DNA of 64,000 nt from Rhynchopus sp. YZ270_cl-10 (lineage: Eukaryota), in assembly GCA_964035575.1 (NCBI GenBank), contig OZ037841.1:1116001-1180000 (forward strand). Reading direction: 5' to 3'. The notes under the pieces were generated by a model, which searched no databases, had not been told where the DNA came from, and worked only from the letters and a program-made list of their open reading frames with translations. The position numbers and the translations under genes were made by a program. Positions 19,823 through 32,408 of this stretch are shown piece after piece. The stretch's first letter is position 1. Every line of letters starts with the position of its first letter.

Positions 19823-21325
19823 TAAAGAATCGACGGAGGACAGTAGTCGACAGTTTGGGGTGTGCTAATCCCAGACTTTGTTTCAAATTTTGCTTTTCAA
19901 TTTTTTACTTCCCTTATCTTAGGTCGAAACTAATTACCATAAAAAAAGAAACAACGAAAGAAGAGGCTTTCTGCTTTGGGGTTTTTCAGATAACAAACCA
20001 AACGCAAACCTAAGAATAGCCTAACCCTTTTTATGCAACTGTGCACAATTGATGTGGTCCACATTGCAATACACAAGCTCCTCTCCCTTCACAAGGCTGT
20101 AAAGCCTTTTAATAACACCCCCACAATTAATACAACGTTGGACACATACAGTGTCCCCCCTTTCCTCTTCCCCAGTTCTGTGTTCCTGAGCGTCGGAAGA
20201 AAGTTTTGAATTTATTTTGTGCGTCTGATCCACAGGTTTTGTCAAGTGTTGTCTCCCTTGATGTAAACCTATTGTTTTGCATCCTTTTTGTTCATATGAA
20301 CAAAACAAGATGTGTTGCGTCTTCATTCGTGAAGTCAGTTTCTTTTATGGATAGTATCTATCTTTTTCAGTCACGCATTCAAAAGGAATTCCATCTTTTT
20401 CTTTTTTATCGTCTCATTTTGAGGAAACAAACAGCCTATGTTTTATTTTACTTTTTCTCGCTTACCATTTTGACCCCCCTCCTCCTCCTCTTCCAGAGGG
20501 GGTATTTTTTTACCTCCACTGAGATTACTGTGTAGTTTCAGCTTTGACCCTCCCCTCGCATCGCTCTCGATGTAGTTAAATGAATCCACATCTCCTCATC
20601 CCAGCCTTCCCATTTTTTGTATATTTTCATCCGCGATTCACACATATACCTTATTCGTCAAAGAAGACTTTCCGAGTTTGCAAGGACATATCTACTCGGG
20701 CACATCTCTCTCTCTCTCTAGAGAGAGAGAGCCTTTCGTGGACATGAAGAGTATACTTTGTGTTTCTCCGTGGGATAGGAGCATGCCCTCGGGGAGTCGT
20801 TAACAATTGTGTGCGAGGCAGTGCACGGTTAATGAAGTCAAAGTGAAGTCTGCGATACATTTGTCCAGGGACGGCGTCACGTAGAGTGTTCTGGTGGGTA
20901 TGGTTGTATGGTTGGTGCCTTCGTCAATGCGGCGTTGTGAAGGGCGTTAGTCCTGAAGGGTGGTTGCCGGTGTGGTGTGGGTGGTGGGGATAGGGATGGG
21001 TAGGGTATGTGCTGTCACGGTACCACGCAGGGACAGTGAAGGAAGGATAAGGTGCACCTGTGTGCAGTGCTTTAGTGGCGTGCTGCAGGCGTGTCCAGGA
21101 AGTGGTGCCCAGTAGGAACATGTATGTCTTCTGGCACCGCGCTTCACTCCCTGACTCGGGAGAAGTGAACGCGGCCTATGCGACACCATAGTGCAACTAA
21201 GGAAGCTCTTCCGCACGTGCGGTGCGAGGTCGCACACGATGCTCTTATCATTTTAGTAGTCGCCCCCATCCCCTTCTCATCCCCAACCAAACAAAAACAG
21301 AGCTTTTCTACCGAAGACACACAAC

Positions 21326-22823
21326 ATGGACATGGACCCCGCCAAGAAGGCACTTGCCGCAAAGGGAGTGGAAGCAAAGTGCCAGGGCCTTGACCGCATG
21401 ATCTGCGACCGTTTCGACCCCGACACCTTTGGACCTGTGTGTGCGTTCACGGAGTGGGACCCCTTGGAGGAGGTCATCGTGGGTGTTGCTGACAACGCGT
21501 GTGAGCCTGAGGTGGGTGTTGACCCTGTATGGCAGTACCTGTTCCATTCGGACGACAAGGAGCTGGCACGTCGGGGGAAGTACCCACTGTCGCTTGTGCA
21601 GGAGGGGTGCAAGGAACTGGACAACCTGACACGCGTTCTGAAGAACGAGGGTGTGACTGTGCGTCGTCCTGAGCCCGCTGCGTTTGATGAGCCCTTCAGC
21701 GCACCTGGTGCCTTCAAGGTGCCGAACGGCTTCAACGCGACGTGCCCACGTGACATTGTGATGACCCTCGGTAACTCGATCATTGAGGCGCCGATGGGTC
21801 TGCGCACACGCTTCTTTGAGTACCACTCCTACAGACCTCTGATCCAGGAGTACTTCATGGGTGGGTCGAACTGGGTGACAGCACCGAAGGGTATCATGTC
21901 TGACCGTCTGTACGACATGAAGTACCCTGTGGACGCAAACTCCGTTGAGCGCAAGCAGATGATTGAGCAGCACAAGTACGTGACCACTGAGGAGGAGCCT
22001 GTGTGGGACGCAGCAGACCTGATGCGTATGGGGAAGGACATCTTCTTTCAGCGTTCCTTTGTGAGCAATGCGTTTGGGATTGAGTGGTTCAGACGTACGT
22101 TCTCGCCACAGGGCTACCGTGTGCACACGATGCACTCAGAGGACACTGTGCCGAAGCACATTGACTGCACGCTTCTGCCCCTGCGCCCAGGTCTGGCGTT
22201 GGAGAACCCGACACGGAAGATGGAGGAGCGCAACATGTTCAAGGAGAACGGCTGGCAGCTGCTCACCTCTGTTGAGCCGACACCGTTCCCCGACAAGTGG
22301 ACGAAGGCTGTTGTGCGTCCCACGTCGCACTGGATTGGTGTGAACATCTTCAGCATTGACGAGCAGCGCATCGTTGCCTGTGAACACGAGAAGACCGTCA
22401 TCAAGCAGCTTGAGAGCATTGGTGCGAAGGTCATCCCCGTCCCGTTCACTGCGATGCACTACCTTGGGGGTGCCTTCCACTGCGCCACAACAGACGTGCG
22501 CAGGCGTGGTGACAGGAAGTCCTACTTCCCCACCCTTGATGAGGCTGATGTATGTTACAATTTATGGGGCTCATTTTATGTCTTGTTTCGTTTTTCTTTC
22601 CCCTTTTTTATACACCAGGTTTTTTCCACCCTTAGGTGTCTAGTAGCGTGAGGATGTTTACCACTCATATAGCCTCCTCCTTGCGCAGAGCAGTGGGCGT
22701 CTTTACTAGTGTTTCGCATTTTTGCACTTCTCACATCAACATTTCTTTTCACCACCACAGGAAGTACACGAAGAGCGCATCAAGTACAGCGACTACGTGG
22801 GCCACAAACCGCTTGTGCGCTGA
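21326..22823 (+). CDS. Amidinotransferase copy 2; exons 21326-22549 and 22761-22823 (211-nt intron)
   Basis: Near-identical to copy 1, with one T/A substitution and the same splice sites. Confidence 0.92.
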
Positions 22824-24001
22824 TAAGGAATCGACGGAGGAGACAGTAGTCGACAGTTTGGGGTGTGCTCAGGAGGTGTTCTTGAGTCTCCTATCCCAGA
22901 CTTTGTTTCAAAATTTTGCGATTATAAAATACGTATTTATACTACGTGTTTATAATACGTGTGATCTGGGGTGAGGAAGCGTTCCAACTTTTCAACCTCT
23001 TCCCCAATTTACCTTTCGCGCTTTTTTACCCTCCCCCGTTTTAGAATCAACAGAGAGTGTACGTTAAGATTTCTCTTTTTCGCCCTTCTTCAGATCGAAA
23101 CTAATTACCATAAAAAAAGAAACAACGAAAGAAGAGGCTTTCTGCTTTGGGGTTTTTCAGATAACAAACCAAACGCAAACCTAAGAATAGCCTAACCCTT
23201 TTTATGCAACTGTGCACAATTGATGTGGTCCACATTGCAATACACAAGCTCCTCTCCCTTCACAAGGCTGTAAAGCCTTTTAATAACACCCCACAATTAA
23301 TACAACGTTGGACACATACAGTGTCCCCCCTTTCCTCTTCCCCAGTTCTGTGTTCCTGAGCGTCGGAAGAAAGTTTTGAATTTATTTTGTGCGTCTGATC
23401 CACAGGTTTTGTCAAGTGTTGTCTCCCTTGATGTAAACCTATTGTTTTGCATCCTTTTTGTTCATATGAACAAAACAAGATGTGTTGCGTCTTCATTCGT
23501 GAAGTCAGTTTCTTTTATGGATAGTATCTATCTTTTTCAGTTCACGCATTCAAAAGGAATTCCATCCTTTTCTTTTTTATCGTCTCATTTTGAGGAAACA
23601 AACCGCCTATGTTTTTATTTTACTTTTTCTCGCTTACCATTTTGATCCCCCTCCTCCTCCTCCTCTTCCACAGGGGGGTTTGAGAGTTGAAAGAAGTGCT
23701 CGATGCTTCTGTCCTGCTTTCTTGTCATAAGTATAGCCTTTCTATTCCTGTCTAGCGGGTGGCATGGTGCCTTTACGTACCGTGCTGTTGGTGTGGTGGG
23801 AACCGTCATCAGCTTCTCCCTATGGAGGACTGATTGAATGGTTTTTATTATTTTGATGTTTCAGGCCGGAGATCGGACCTTACGTACTCATTAACACAGC
23901 ATCCCTCCCACCACGCGCTTTATTTCATTTTTTGTTATAGCCTTCTTGCTCAAATAGTCCCACCAAACAAAAACAGAGCTTTTCTACCGAATACACACAA
24001 C

Positions 24002-25636
24002 ATGGACATGGACCCCGCCAAGAAGGCACTTGCCGCAAAGGGAGTGGAAGCAAAGTGCCAGGGCCTTGACCGCATGATCTGCGACCGTTTCGACCCCGAC
24101 ACCTTTGGACCTGTGTGTGCGTTCACGGAGTGGGACCCCTTGGAGGAGGTCATCGTGGGTGTTGCTGACAACGCGTGTGAGCCTGAGGTGGGTGTTGACC
24201 CTGTATGGCAGTACCTGTTCCATTCGGACGACAAGGAGCTGGCACGTCGGGGGAAGTACCCACTGTCGCTTGTGCAGGAGGGGTGCAAGGAACTGGACAA
24301 CCTGACACGCGTTCTGAAGAACGAGGGTGTGACTGTGCGTCGTCCTGAGCCCGCTGCGTTTGATGAGCCCTTCAGCGCACCTGGTGCCTTCAAGGTGCCG
24401 AACGGCTTCAACGCGACGTGCCCACGTGACATTGTGATGACCCTCGGTAACTCGATCATTGAGGCGCCGATGGGTCTGCGCACACGCTTCTTTGAGTACC
24501 ACTCCTACAGACCTCTGATCCAGGAGTACTTCATGGGTGGGTCGAACTGGGTGACAGCACCAAAGGGTATCATGTCTGACCGTCTGTACGACATGAAGTA
24601 CCCTGTGGACGCAAACTCCGTTGAGCGCAAGCAGATGATTGAGCAGCACAAGTACGTGACCACTGAGGAGGAGCCTGTGTGGGACGCAGCAGACCTGATG
24701 CGTATGGGGAAGGACATCTTCTTTCAGCGTTCCTTTGTGAGCAATGCGTTTGGGATTGAGTGGTTCAGACGTACGTTCTCGCCACAGGGCTACCGTGTGC
24801 ACACGATGCACTCAGAGGACACTGTGCCGAAGCACATTGACTGCACGCTTCTGCCCCTGCGCCCAGGTCTGGCGTTGGAGAACCCGACACGGAAGATGGA
24901 GGAGCGCAACATGTTCAAGGAGAACGGCTGGCAGCTGCTCACCTCTGTTGAGCCGACACCGTTCCCCGACAAGTGGACGAAGGCTGTTGTGCGTCCCACG
25001 TCGCACTGGATTGGTGTGAACATCTTCAGCATTGACGAGCAGCGCATCGTTGCCTGTGAACACGAGAAGACCGTCATCAAGCAGCTTGAGAGCATTGGTG
25101 CGAAGGTCATCCCCGTCCCGTTCACTGCGATGCACTACCTTGGGGGTGCCTTCCACTGCGCCACAACAGACGTGCGCAGACGTGGTGACAGGAAGTCCTA
25201 CTTCCCCACCCTTGATGAGGCTGATGTATGTTCCACTTATGGTGCTCTTTTTAATATTTTTCTCTGGACATTACACGTTTGTGCATGGTGTGGCTGACAC
25301 TGATAGCACACTATTTTCACTTGCGATGACTATTCTGACCTGCTGTGCATATTTTATGCGTTTCATTCTCGCTGCACACACGTTCTAGAGATTGTGCCTA
25401 CACGGATGTCTAGCACTCTGTGGGTTTATCCTTCAGGACCGTTGTCACTATATTCTACTTTTGCATCAACTGCACTGTTATGACGATGGTTGATATATAC
25501 GGCGCTTTTGTGTAACCAGTGTTCCAGGGCACTTTTGCCTTTCTCACATCAACACTTCTTTTCACCACCACAGGAAGTACACGAAGAGCGCATCAAGTAC
25601 AGCGACTACGTGGGCCACAAACCGCTTGTGCGCTGA
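24002..25636 (+). CDS. Amidinotransferase copy 3; exons 24002-25225 and 25574-25636 (348-nt intron)
   Basis: Protein identical to copy 2, with the same splice sites. Confidence 0.92.
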
Positions 25637-28442
25637 TAAAGAATCTATGGAGGACAGTAGTCGACAGTTTGGGGTGTGCTCATCCCAGACTTTGTTTCAA
25701 ATTTTTGCGAATAAAAAAAATTGTTTTCATTTTTCTCTTTTTTTGCTTCATTCAATGGCAACTGAATTACCTGAAAACAACGAAAAAAGAGGCTTTCTGC
25801 TTTGGGTTCTTTAAGGAAACAAACCAAACGCACACGTAAGAAGAGCCTAACCCTTTTTCTTCAACAATGCACACCTGCACATTACATGCGGGCGTTGCAG
25901 TACACTTTCTCCTATCCACTCTCTCCCCTCACAAAGGCTGTGAACCAGCCTTTTAATAACACCCCCTTTACAACCAACGTTGGACACATACAGTGTCTCC
26001 CCTTTCCTCTTCCCCAGTTCTGTGTTCCTGAGCGTCGGAAGAAAGTTTTGAATTTATTTTGTGCGTCTGATCCACAGGTTTTATCAAGTGTTTTCTCCCT
26101 TGATGTAAACCTATTGTTTTGCATCCTTTTTGTTCATATGAACAAAACAAGATGTGTTGCGTCTTCATTCGTGAAGTCAGTTTCTTTTATGGATAGTATC
26201 TATCTTTTTCAGTTCACGCATTCAAAAGGAATTCCATCCTTTTCTTTTATCGTCTCATTTTTTGAGGAAACAAACAGCCGTTTCTTTTTTTATTTACAGA
26301 AAAGGGTGATTGAAAGTCATTGGCAGATGATCTTTCTTTATTTATACCTTCTGTTATTTTTGGGATGCTCGTTTATTAATTCCCGGCCCCTTTATCCACC
26401 CCCTGTTTTTTTCCCCCCTTGCTGAGGGTGCTGGTCGGGTTGGCAGTGGACCTTGTCACAATTGGGTAATTTTCAAAAAGAAAAAAGAAAGTTATTGGCC
26501 TTCGGGCGACTTTGTGTATAGAGCCTGTTCTCGGACAGGTGATTGTCGAAACTACAAAAAAAAAAGGTACAGATCCTACCCAGGTAGGTGATTGTCGATA
26601 AAGTTTACAAAAAAAAAAAAAAACAAAAGCCCTCTTGCCGCTTCCTCCTCCACTAGCCCGCGTCCAGTACCCCTCCCATAATATACTCCTTATCCCCACC
26701 CCAGAGTTCCAAAAAAATATAGTGGAGTGCATCCTTGGGTGTCCACACTAATACAAAACCAAGTTTTCAAAAAAAAAAAATTTCTTGTTCATTAGCCTTC
26801 GGGCAACCTTGTTGTGCAAAACCCGTCCGGGGTGATGACCGATACAGCGGTGAATGAGAAAAAAAATGACAGAAAGATGGGTATTTTTTGGCACTGAGTT
26901 TTACTTTTTCTCAGTGTAAATTTTAAAAAAAAAAAGTTAAATTTCGAGGCAAAAAATAATAACAAAAGAAATCTTTAAATTGTGACATATTCCGATAAGG
27001 AAACATGAAGAAAAGAAAAAAAAAAATTCAACTGAAAACTCGTATAACCTAAACATAAAATCCTGCCTTATCCATCTTCCAATTTGTGGGAGGGGGTGGG
27101 GAGAAGAGTGAACCATGGCCTTCTGCCGATGTTCACTCCAGTGTTTTAACAAAAAGTATGATGATTTCTGAAGAGAAAAAAAAGGCCCCGTTCACTCCTT
27201 TTCTGCACCGTCCCCACCCCCCAACACATAACCCTCCCGCATACCCGCACATAACATTTTTCCTTGCCAATAGCGTTCGATGTAGCAGACTCCCCGTATC
27301 CTCCAGGCACAAGGCTTCCGTTCTTGACTTCTCTTCGTGATGAGATCTCCCTCCCGTTCTGGGTTGGCGTTTGCGGGGGAAAGTATGCGTTGCCATACTA
27401 AGTACCGCAGTGTTATATCCTGTCCGATACCGTAACTCTTTTTAACCTCTGATACCTGACACTGTAGAGTCGGGTGTATGGACTTTCCCTTTGTATTAAC
27501 CCCACAACCTGTGGAGTGTTCATGGTGACCTTTTTCGCAACACACAGAGGCTTTTTTACAAGACCTTACCATTCACGCTGACATGCCGTGGTCATAACAC
27601 TATTTTGTCCCAATTGAATCCACAGGATTCCATAATTTCAACCCTACCGTCCACTCTGGGAGGGGGCAAGTACCATTCTGAGGAGAGTTGCATATCCTCC
27701 TCTTCTTGTTCCTGCCCTGCCACTCCTCGCACCAAGAGTGGACCTGTGCCAGGACATCATCCACGACTCCCTCTGATGCATCCTTCTTGACGTAATCTGT
27801 ATAAAAAGGGTGGGTATATTAAAGGGATGGCAAGTTTGTAGTACCTCTCCCGCCAATAATTAAAGGCTTTTATAAAATTTTACCAGGTGGAAAACCCTAA
27901 GAAGCCAGGTCTCATTGCTTCCTCCTCTCTCTGTCACCTCAGCGTCCCACAGAGGCAATATGCCAAAAAGAAAGAGAAATGATAGCGAGGGGCGTCCGGA
28001 GAAAGTCACGTTGTTTAGAGACAGGCATGATCGTGGGGCGAGTACATCGTTAGGGACTATCATAGGACTAACATAGGACGTTTTTTACCAAAAAAAAAAA
28101 ACGGCCCAATGAAGCGCTCTCTGGGTTCGACAACCCCGTGGATAAACCACTGCGCCCTACAATGAAATACAATACAAAACAAACAGAGTAGCAAAAACAA
28201 AAACAAATACAAAACAAACAAACTTTCAAACCCCGTGGATAAACCACTGTGTCTACGGTGTTTTGCACTTTCAACCTTTTCCCCCCAACCATCACAGCAA
28301 AATCAATTTTTTTTGGGGGGAATTTACCCTAATATGGCCCCTTCCCTTCCCCCTTCCCCCTTCCCTTCCTCACATCTACACCGCACAGGAGACACACCTA
28401 CACTCACCCCATACCCCCATACCTCCTTACCCCCTCCCCCAA

Positions 28443-28964
28443 ATGTCTATGCACATCGAAGGCCAAACCCACCCATATTACATTCCCGACCGAATGGGGG
28501 GTTTTTGGTCTCCATATGGGGCCGACTGTGGTGCTGCACCTACCCCTGCATTTGACGTGAACATGCAGGATGGGTTCTGTGGGGGGAACGGAATGAACGG
28601 ACACACAGAGGTGTTTGGATGCGAACGACGGAAGCGGAAGGCGCAGGATATGTGCAGCCATACGGCCGGGGTGGGGACGGGCGAGTACGAGAAGAGGAGG
28701 TGCGTGGAGGTGGGCCAGCAACAGCAACAACAACAACAACAGCATCACCTACATCACCACCCCACCCCCCACCGCGCAATCCCCCTCACCTACAACAACT
28801 GCACCGACATTGTTGTCCACCCAGAATACCAACGCGGCACCACCGAAGAAGAACAAGCCGCACGCGACCAAGAACGCCAAGCACACCTCAACCGAGCACG
28901 CTCCCTCCAACAGCAGCAGATGCAACGATGGGAGGAGTCTGACCTCCTTGCCGGGATTGACTAA
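28443..28964 (+). CDS. Hypothetical low-complexity protein (polyQ/His tract, basic RRKRK motif)
   Basis: ATG at 28443 follows a C-rich tract; 173-aa ORF with coding-like composition. Confidence 0.6.
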   Translation: MSMHIEGQTHPYYIPDRMGGFWSPYGADCGAAPTPAFDVNMQDGFCGGNGMNGHTEVFGCERRKRKAQDMCSHTAGVGTGEYEKRRCVEVGQQQQQQQQQHHLHHHPTPHRAIPLTYNNCTDIVVHPEYQRGTTEEEQAARDQERQAHLNRARSLQQQQMQRWEESDLLAGID

Positions 28965-29675
28965 GCATTAAACAGTCTGGAATGGAATACCGAATACACA
29001 ACACACTGTGTAGGTGACCAACTAACGAACGCCAGAACGCAGAGGTGCTCAGCGGGGTAAGAAGTCTGGAAAGGACTTTACAATGGTTATGTAGGTTCTT
29101 AGGTGGGGGGATAGCATAAATCTCTGGATCATTTAACCATTTCCCTGATGCAATACAGTTTGGTACACTGTCCCGAAGAGGGCTTTGTATTTCAAAAAAA
29201 AGTCTCATTTTTTTGGTTTTTATAGGTGTGGTTTATTCAAACCACGCTGGGGGATTTTAAATTGGTTATTCACTCTCGCAAAAGAAGGAGTCTGAGAGGA
29301 GAGGAACGAACACCTATTTTAGGGTGGAACTGCCATTGTGCTGTGTTCTCATAAAAACCCTTCGTTCATCTAACACCATTTCTTGTTGATTTCCTCCAAT
29401 GGTACAGTGGCCACACTCTTCCAACAATTCATCAAAAGAAAGAACACCACGTCTACAAAGCACCCCTAGCCTACAGACGACGTTCTTTTATTTTTTAAAT
29501 TTAAGTTTTACATTTCTGCAATGCCATCAAACGGGAGGTGACGCCATCCCGAATATCCTCGTCTCTTCGACGAGAAGAGCCAAAAAAAAAAAGCTTCAAA
29601 ACCCCCAAAATCACGATACCGACAGCAGTGCGCAACGCGCCGTGTTTATCAAAGTTTCGTGGTTTTTTTTTATAT

Positions 29676-30962
29676 GGGTCAGTCCATAAACCACCCCCCC
29701 CAAAAGGTAACCTGGGGTCCTTATTTTTATTTCATCTGGGTTCTACTGGGACTTTCTCCCCGATTTTTTTTTTAATGAACTCAGAGTTAAGTTTCTGGGT
29801 TCAATAAAAAAAACGACGAGCAAAAAGTCCAATTGGAAATATGATGGATACCCCCCGAGAGCAAAATAAACCAACGGTAAAAATTGGTACCCTTGGTTTC
29901 CTATAGGTTCCTATAGGAAACCTACATTTTCCCATAATTTCCCACACAACTTACTTGACAACAGGATGAAAACAAATACAAAAATGGCAAAAGTGAGTAA
30001 AACCGTGCAAGGGGCACTGGACTTTGCTAGGGCTCTGGGGGAAACGCAGTTCTCAGGGGAGAAGACTCGCAAGGAGGTTCTTGCCTACGCGAAGGCACGC
30101 AGTTGTTACCGTAGGGGTTTCCGGGAAGACGTGTGGTTCAAAGCTTTATGGAAAGCGAGAGGAATATCCCTCATCCTTCACAGGAAGAACACCACCCGTG
30201 GGGGACGCGCGGTCCAACTGTATTTCTGCAGTAACCTGGACGAGTGTGTGGGTGTGCCATCAGAAGGTACGGAGGGGTGAACAACGCGTATTTACCCCTT
30301 ACAGCAAGGAGAATGGCAGCGGCGTCGTTGTCCGTGCCTCCAAACACGCGGAAGGCTTGTGCAAAACGTACCTTCTGATGGCACACCCACACACTCATCC
30401 AGGTTACTGCAGAAATACAGTTGGACCGCGCGTCCCCCACGGGTGGTGTTCTTCCTGTGAAGGATGAGGGATATTCCTCTCGCTTTCCATAAAGCTTTGA
30501 ACCACACGTCTTCCCGGAAACCCCTACGGTAACAACTGCGTGCCTTCGCGTAGGCAAGAACCTCCTTGCGAGTCTTCTCCCCTGAGAACTGCGTTTCCCC
30601 CAGAGCCCTAGCAAAGTCCAGTGCCCCTTGCACGGTTTTACTCACTTTTGCCATTTTTGTATTTGTTTTCATCCTGTTGTCAAGTAAGTTGTGTGGGAAA
30701 TTATGGGAAAATGTAGGTTTCCTATAGGAACCTATAGGAAACCAAGGGTACCAATTTTTACCGTTGGTTTATTTTGCTCTCGGGGGGTATCCATCATATT
30801 TCCAATTGGACTTTTTGCTCGTCGTTTTTTTTATTGAACCCAGAAACTTAACTCTGAGTTCATTAAAAAAAAAATCGGGGAGAAAGTCCCAGTAGAACCC
30901 AGATGAAATAAAAATAAGGACCCCAGGTTACCTTTTGGGGGGGGTGGTTTATGGACCGTGCC
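29676..30962. mobile_element. Fold-back (long-TIR) element, copy 2
   Basis: Arms 29676-30271 and 30367-30962 (596 bp each) surround a 95-bp spacer identical to that of copy 1. ATAT on both flanks (29672-29675, 30963-30966). Confidence 0.92.
30292..30672 (-). other. 126-aa ORF in the right arm and spacer of fold-back copy 2 (mirror 104-aa ORF at 29966-30280, + strand)
   Basis: Same ORF as in copy 1; open in both arms of this copy. Confidence 0.4.
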
Positions 30963-31640
30963 ATATCTTTGTTTCGTTTATTTCGTTTTTAGTTTGTTAA
31001 CAATGCCTTCGCCCGCAGAGGTGTTGTGCACTGTAAGGACAGCCTTTGTTCAGCTTTCCTCCCCTTACCCCTCACGCGGTAATAAACTGCGGTTTTTCTT
31101 CTTCTTTCCAATTGTATGTCTGTAGCGTTATAATCAGGTTGGTTTTTCGTTGTGGGTAGGGCGAGGGAAAAAAGGAATATTGCCTTATTTGAGCCTGTCT
31201 GTGTGGGTTTTTTTATTTGAAATCAATTTTTGGGTAATTCTGCACGGAAATATCACCCTTTTTTCTCCCCCCCCCCCCCCCCCCCCCGATGCCTGCGTCC
31301 GCCGATGAACGGTGCGGCGTTTTGCACCTTTCAACTTCCCCTTTTTTTTTCTGTGCTAATATGTGTTTCTCTGTTCCACAGTATGTAGGGAGGCCTTTTC
31401 TTTCTTTGTTCGGTCACACCTAAGAATACACAATATATTCCTCACATCAAAAAAAAAATAGTTTCACGATGGGACATATAGCACCACTATACCACATAGC
31501 ACACCCCCCCCTTCCCCCACTATCCTTTTGCTAAGCCCACACGAACCTCCCCCTCTACTATCTCTATCCTTTTCGCTACCTCCCTCCTCCCCCTCTCCCA
31601 CCTTCCACTCCACCCCACCACCCAGCATACACAGCAAAAA

Positions 31641-32408
31641 ATGGGAGTCAACAAGAAGTGTGACCAATGCAATGTTGCCTTTAAATCGGGCGAATCGTAT
31701 TTGGGTATTGACAACAACGGGAAGGACGTGGCACTGCATGGCAAATGCGAGAAGGCGTGGAGAGCGGCAAATGAAGAGGCACCTGAATGTTTTGCATGCA
31801 AGAAGCGCATTGCGCCTTTGAGCGAAGGGATGACCTTTGCGCTTCCGGGGCAGGATATGGTCACGTTGCACGCACGTTGCCAGACACGCTACGTCGAAGA
31901 GCACTCCACGAAGTGCGACCACTGCAACAAAGCTGTCACCAACGAGATGGTGCGGTTCCGTTCCCAATGCCCAAACACCTCCGCGCAGAAGGAGTTCACC
32001 GTGCACGAACAATGCTCCGCAGCGTTTGAGGCGGAGCTCAAGAAGAAGAAGAAGGCCCCCCCGCCAACCACCAAGCCCACCGTCCTGACACCACCCAGCA
32101 AGCCGAGACAGCTCAAGGGTGTCAAATGCGCGCACTGTGCAAAGACAAACCAGCACCAACCAATGGTGGTCCTCCCGGGCCCCTGGGGTGCGGCCAACGT
32201 CCACGAAGACTGCATCGAACTTTTCGAGAAAAAGGTGAAGTCCTCCGACGTCGGCATGGGAACCACAGGTGTCTCACGTTGCGATGGCTGCCTCAAGCGC
32301 TTCGCAACAACAGACAAACCTATCATGGTGAAGAAACCTGGCGGCTCCCAGATGGTCGAAATGCACGACGCTTGCTACAAAAGGAAAGTCGCAAAAGAAG
32401 GAAAATAA
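31641..32408 (+). CDS. Protein with five CxxC...HxxC (half-LIM-like) zinc fingers
   Basis: CDQC/HGKC, CFAC/HARC, CDHC/HEQC, CAHC/HEDC, CDGC/HDAC. Confidence 0.8.
   Translation: MGVNKKCDQCNVAFKSGESYLGIDNNGKDVALHGKCEKAWRAANEEAPECFACKKRIAPLSEGMTFALPGQDMVTLHARCQTRYVEEHSTKCDHCNKAVTNEMVRFRSQCPNTSAQKEFTVHEQCSAAFEAELKKKKKAPPPTTKPTVLTPPSKPRQLKGVKCAHCAKTNQHQPMVVLPGPWGAANVHEDCIELFEKKVKSSDVGMGTTGVSRCDGCLKRFATTDKPIMVKKPGGSQMVEMHDACYKRKVAKEGK

Noticed and set aside
20708..20731. (CT)6(AG)6 perfect 24-bp palindrome
   Set aside because: Simple microsatellite junction with no other support.
15..25636. Biosynthetic cluster linking the FkbM methyltransferase and the amidinotransferases
   Set aside because: They are 17 kb apart with unrelated genes between. 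FkbM is not a GAMT-type enzyme, and no PKS/NRPS is visible.
25802..26425. 207-aa ORF with partial copies at 20206 and 23376
   Set aside because: Falls in the duplicated T-rich 3' flank; TTG start and frame not conserved among copies.
27600..27800. Coding-looking minus-strand frame (DYVKKDASEGVVDDVLAQVHSWCEEW...)
   Set aside because: Short, no clear start and no recognisable domain; may be a relic but cannot be supported.
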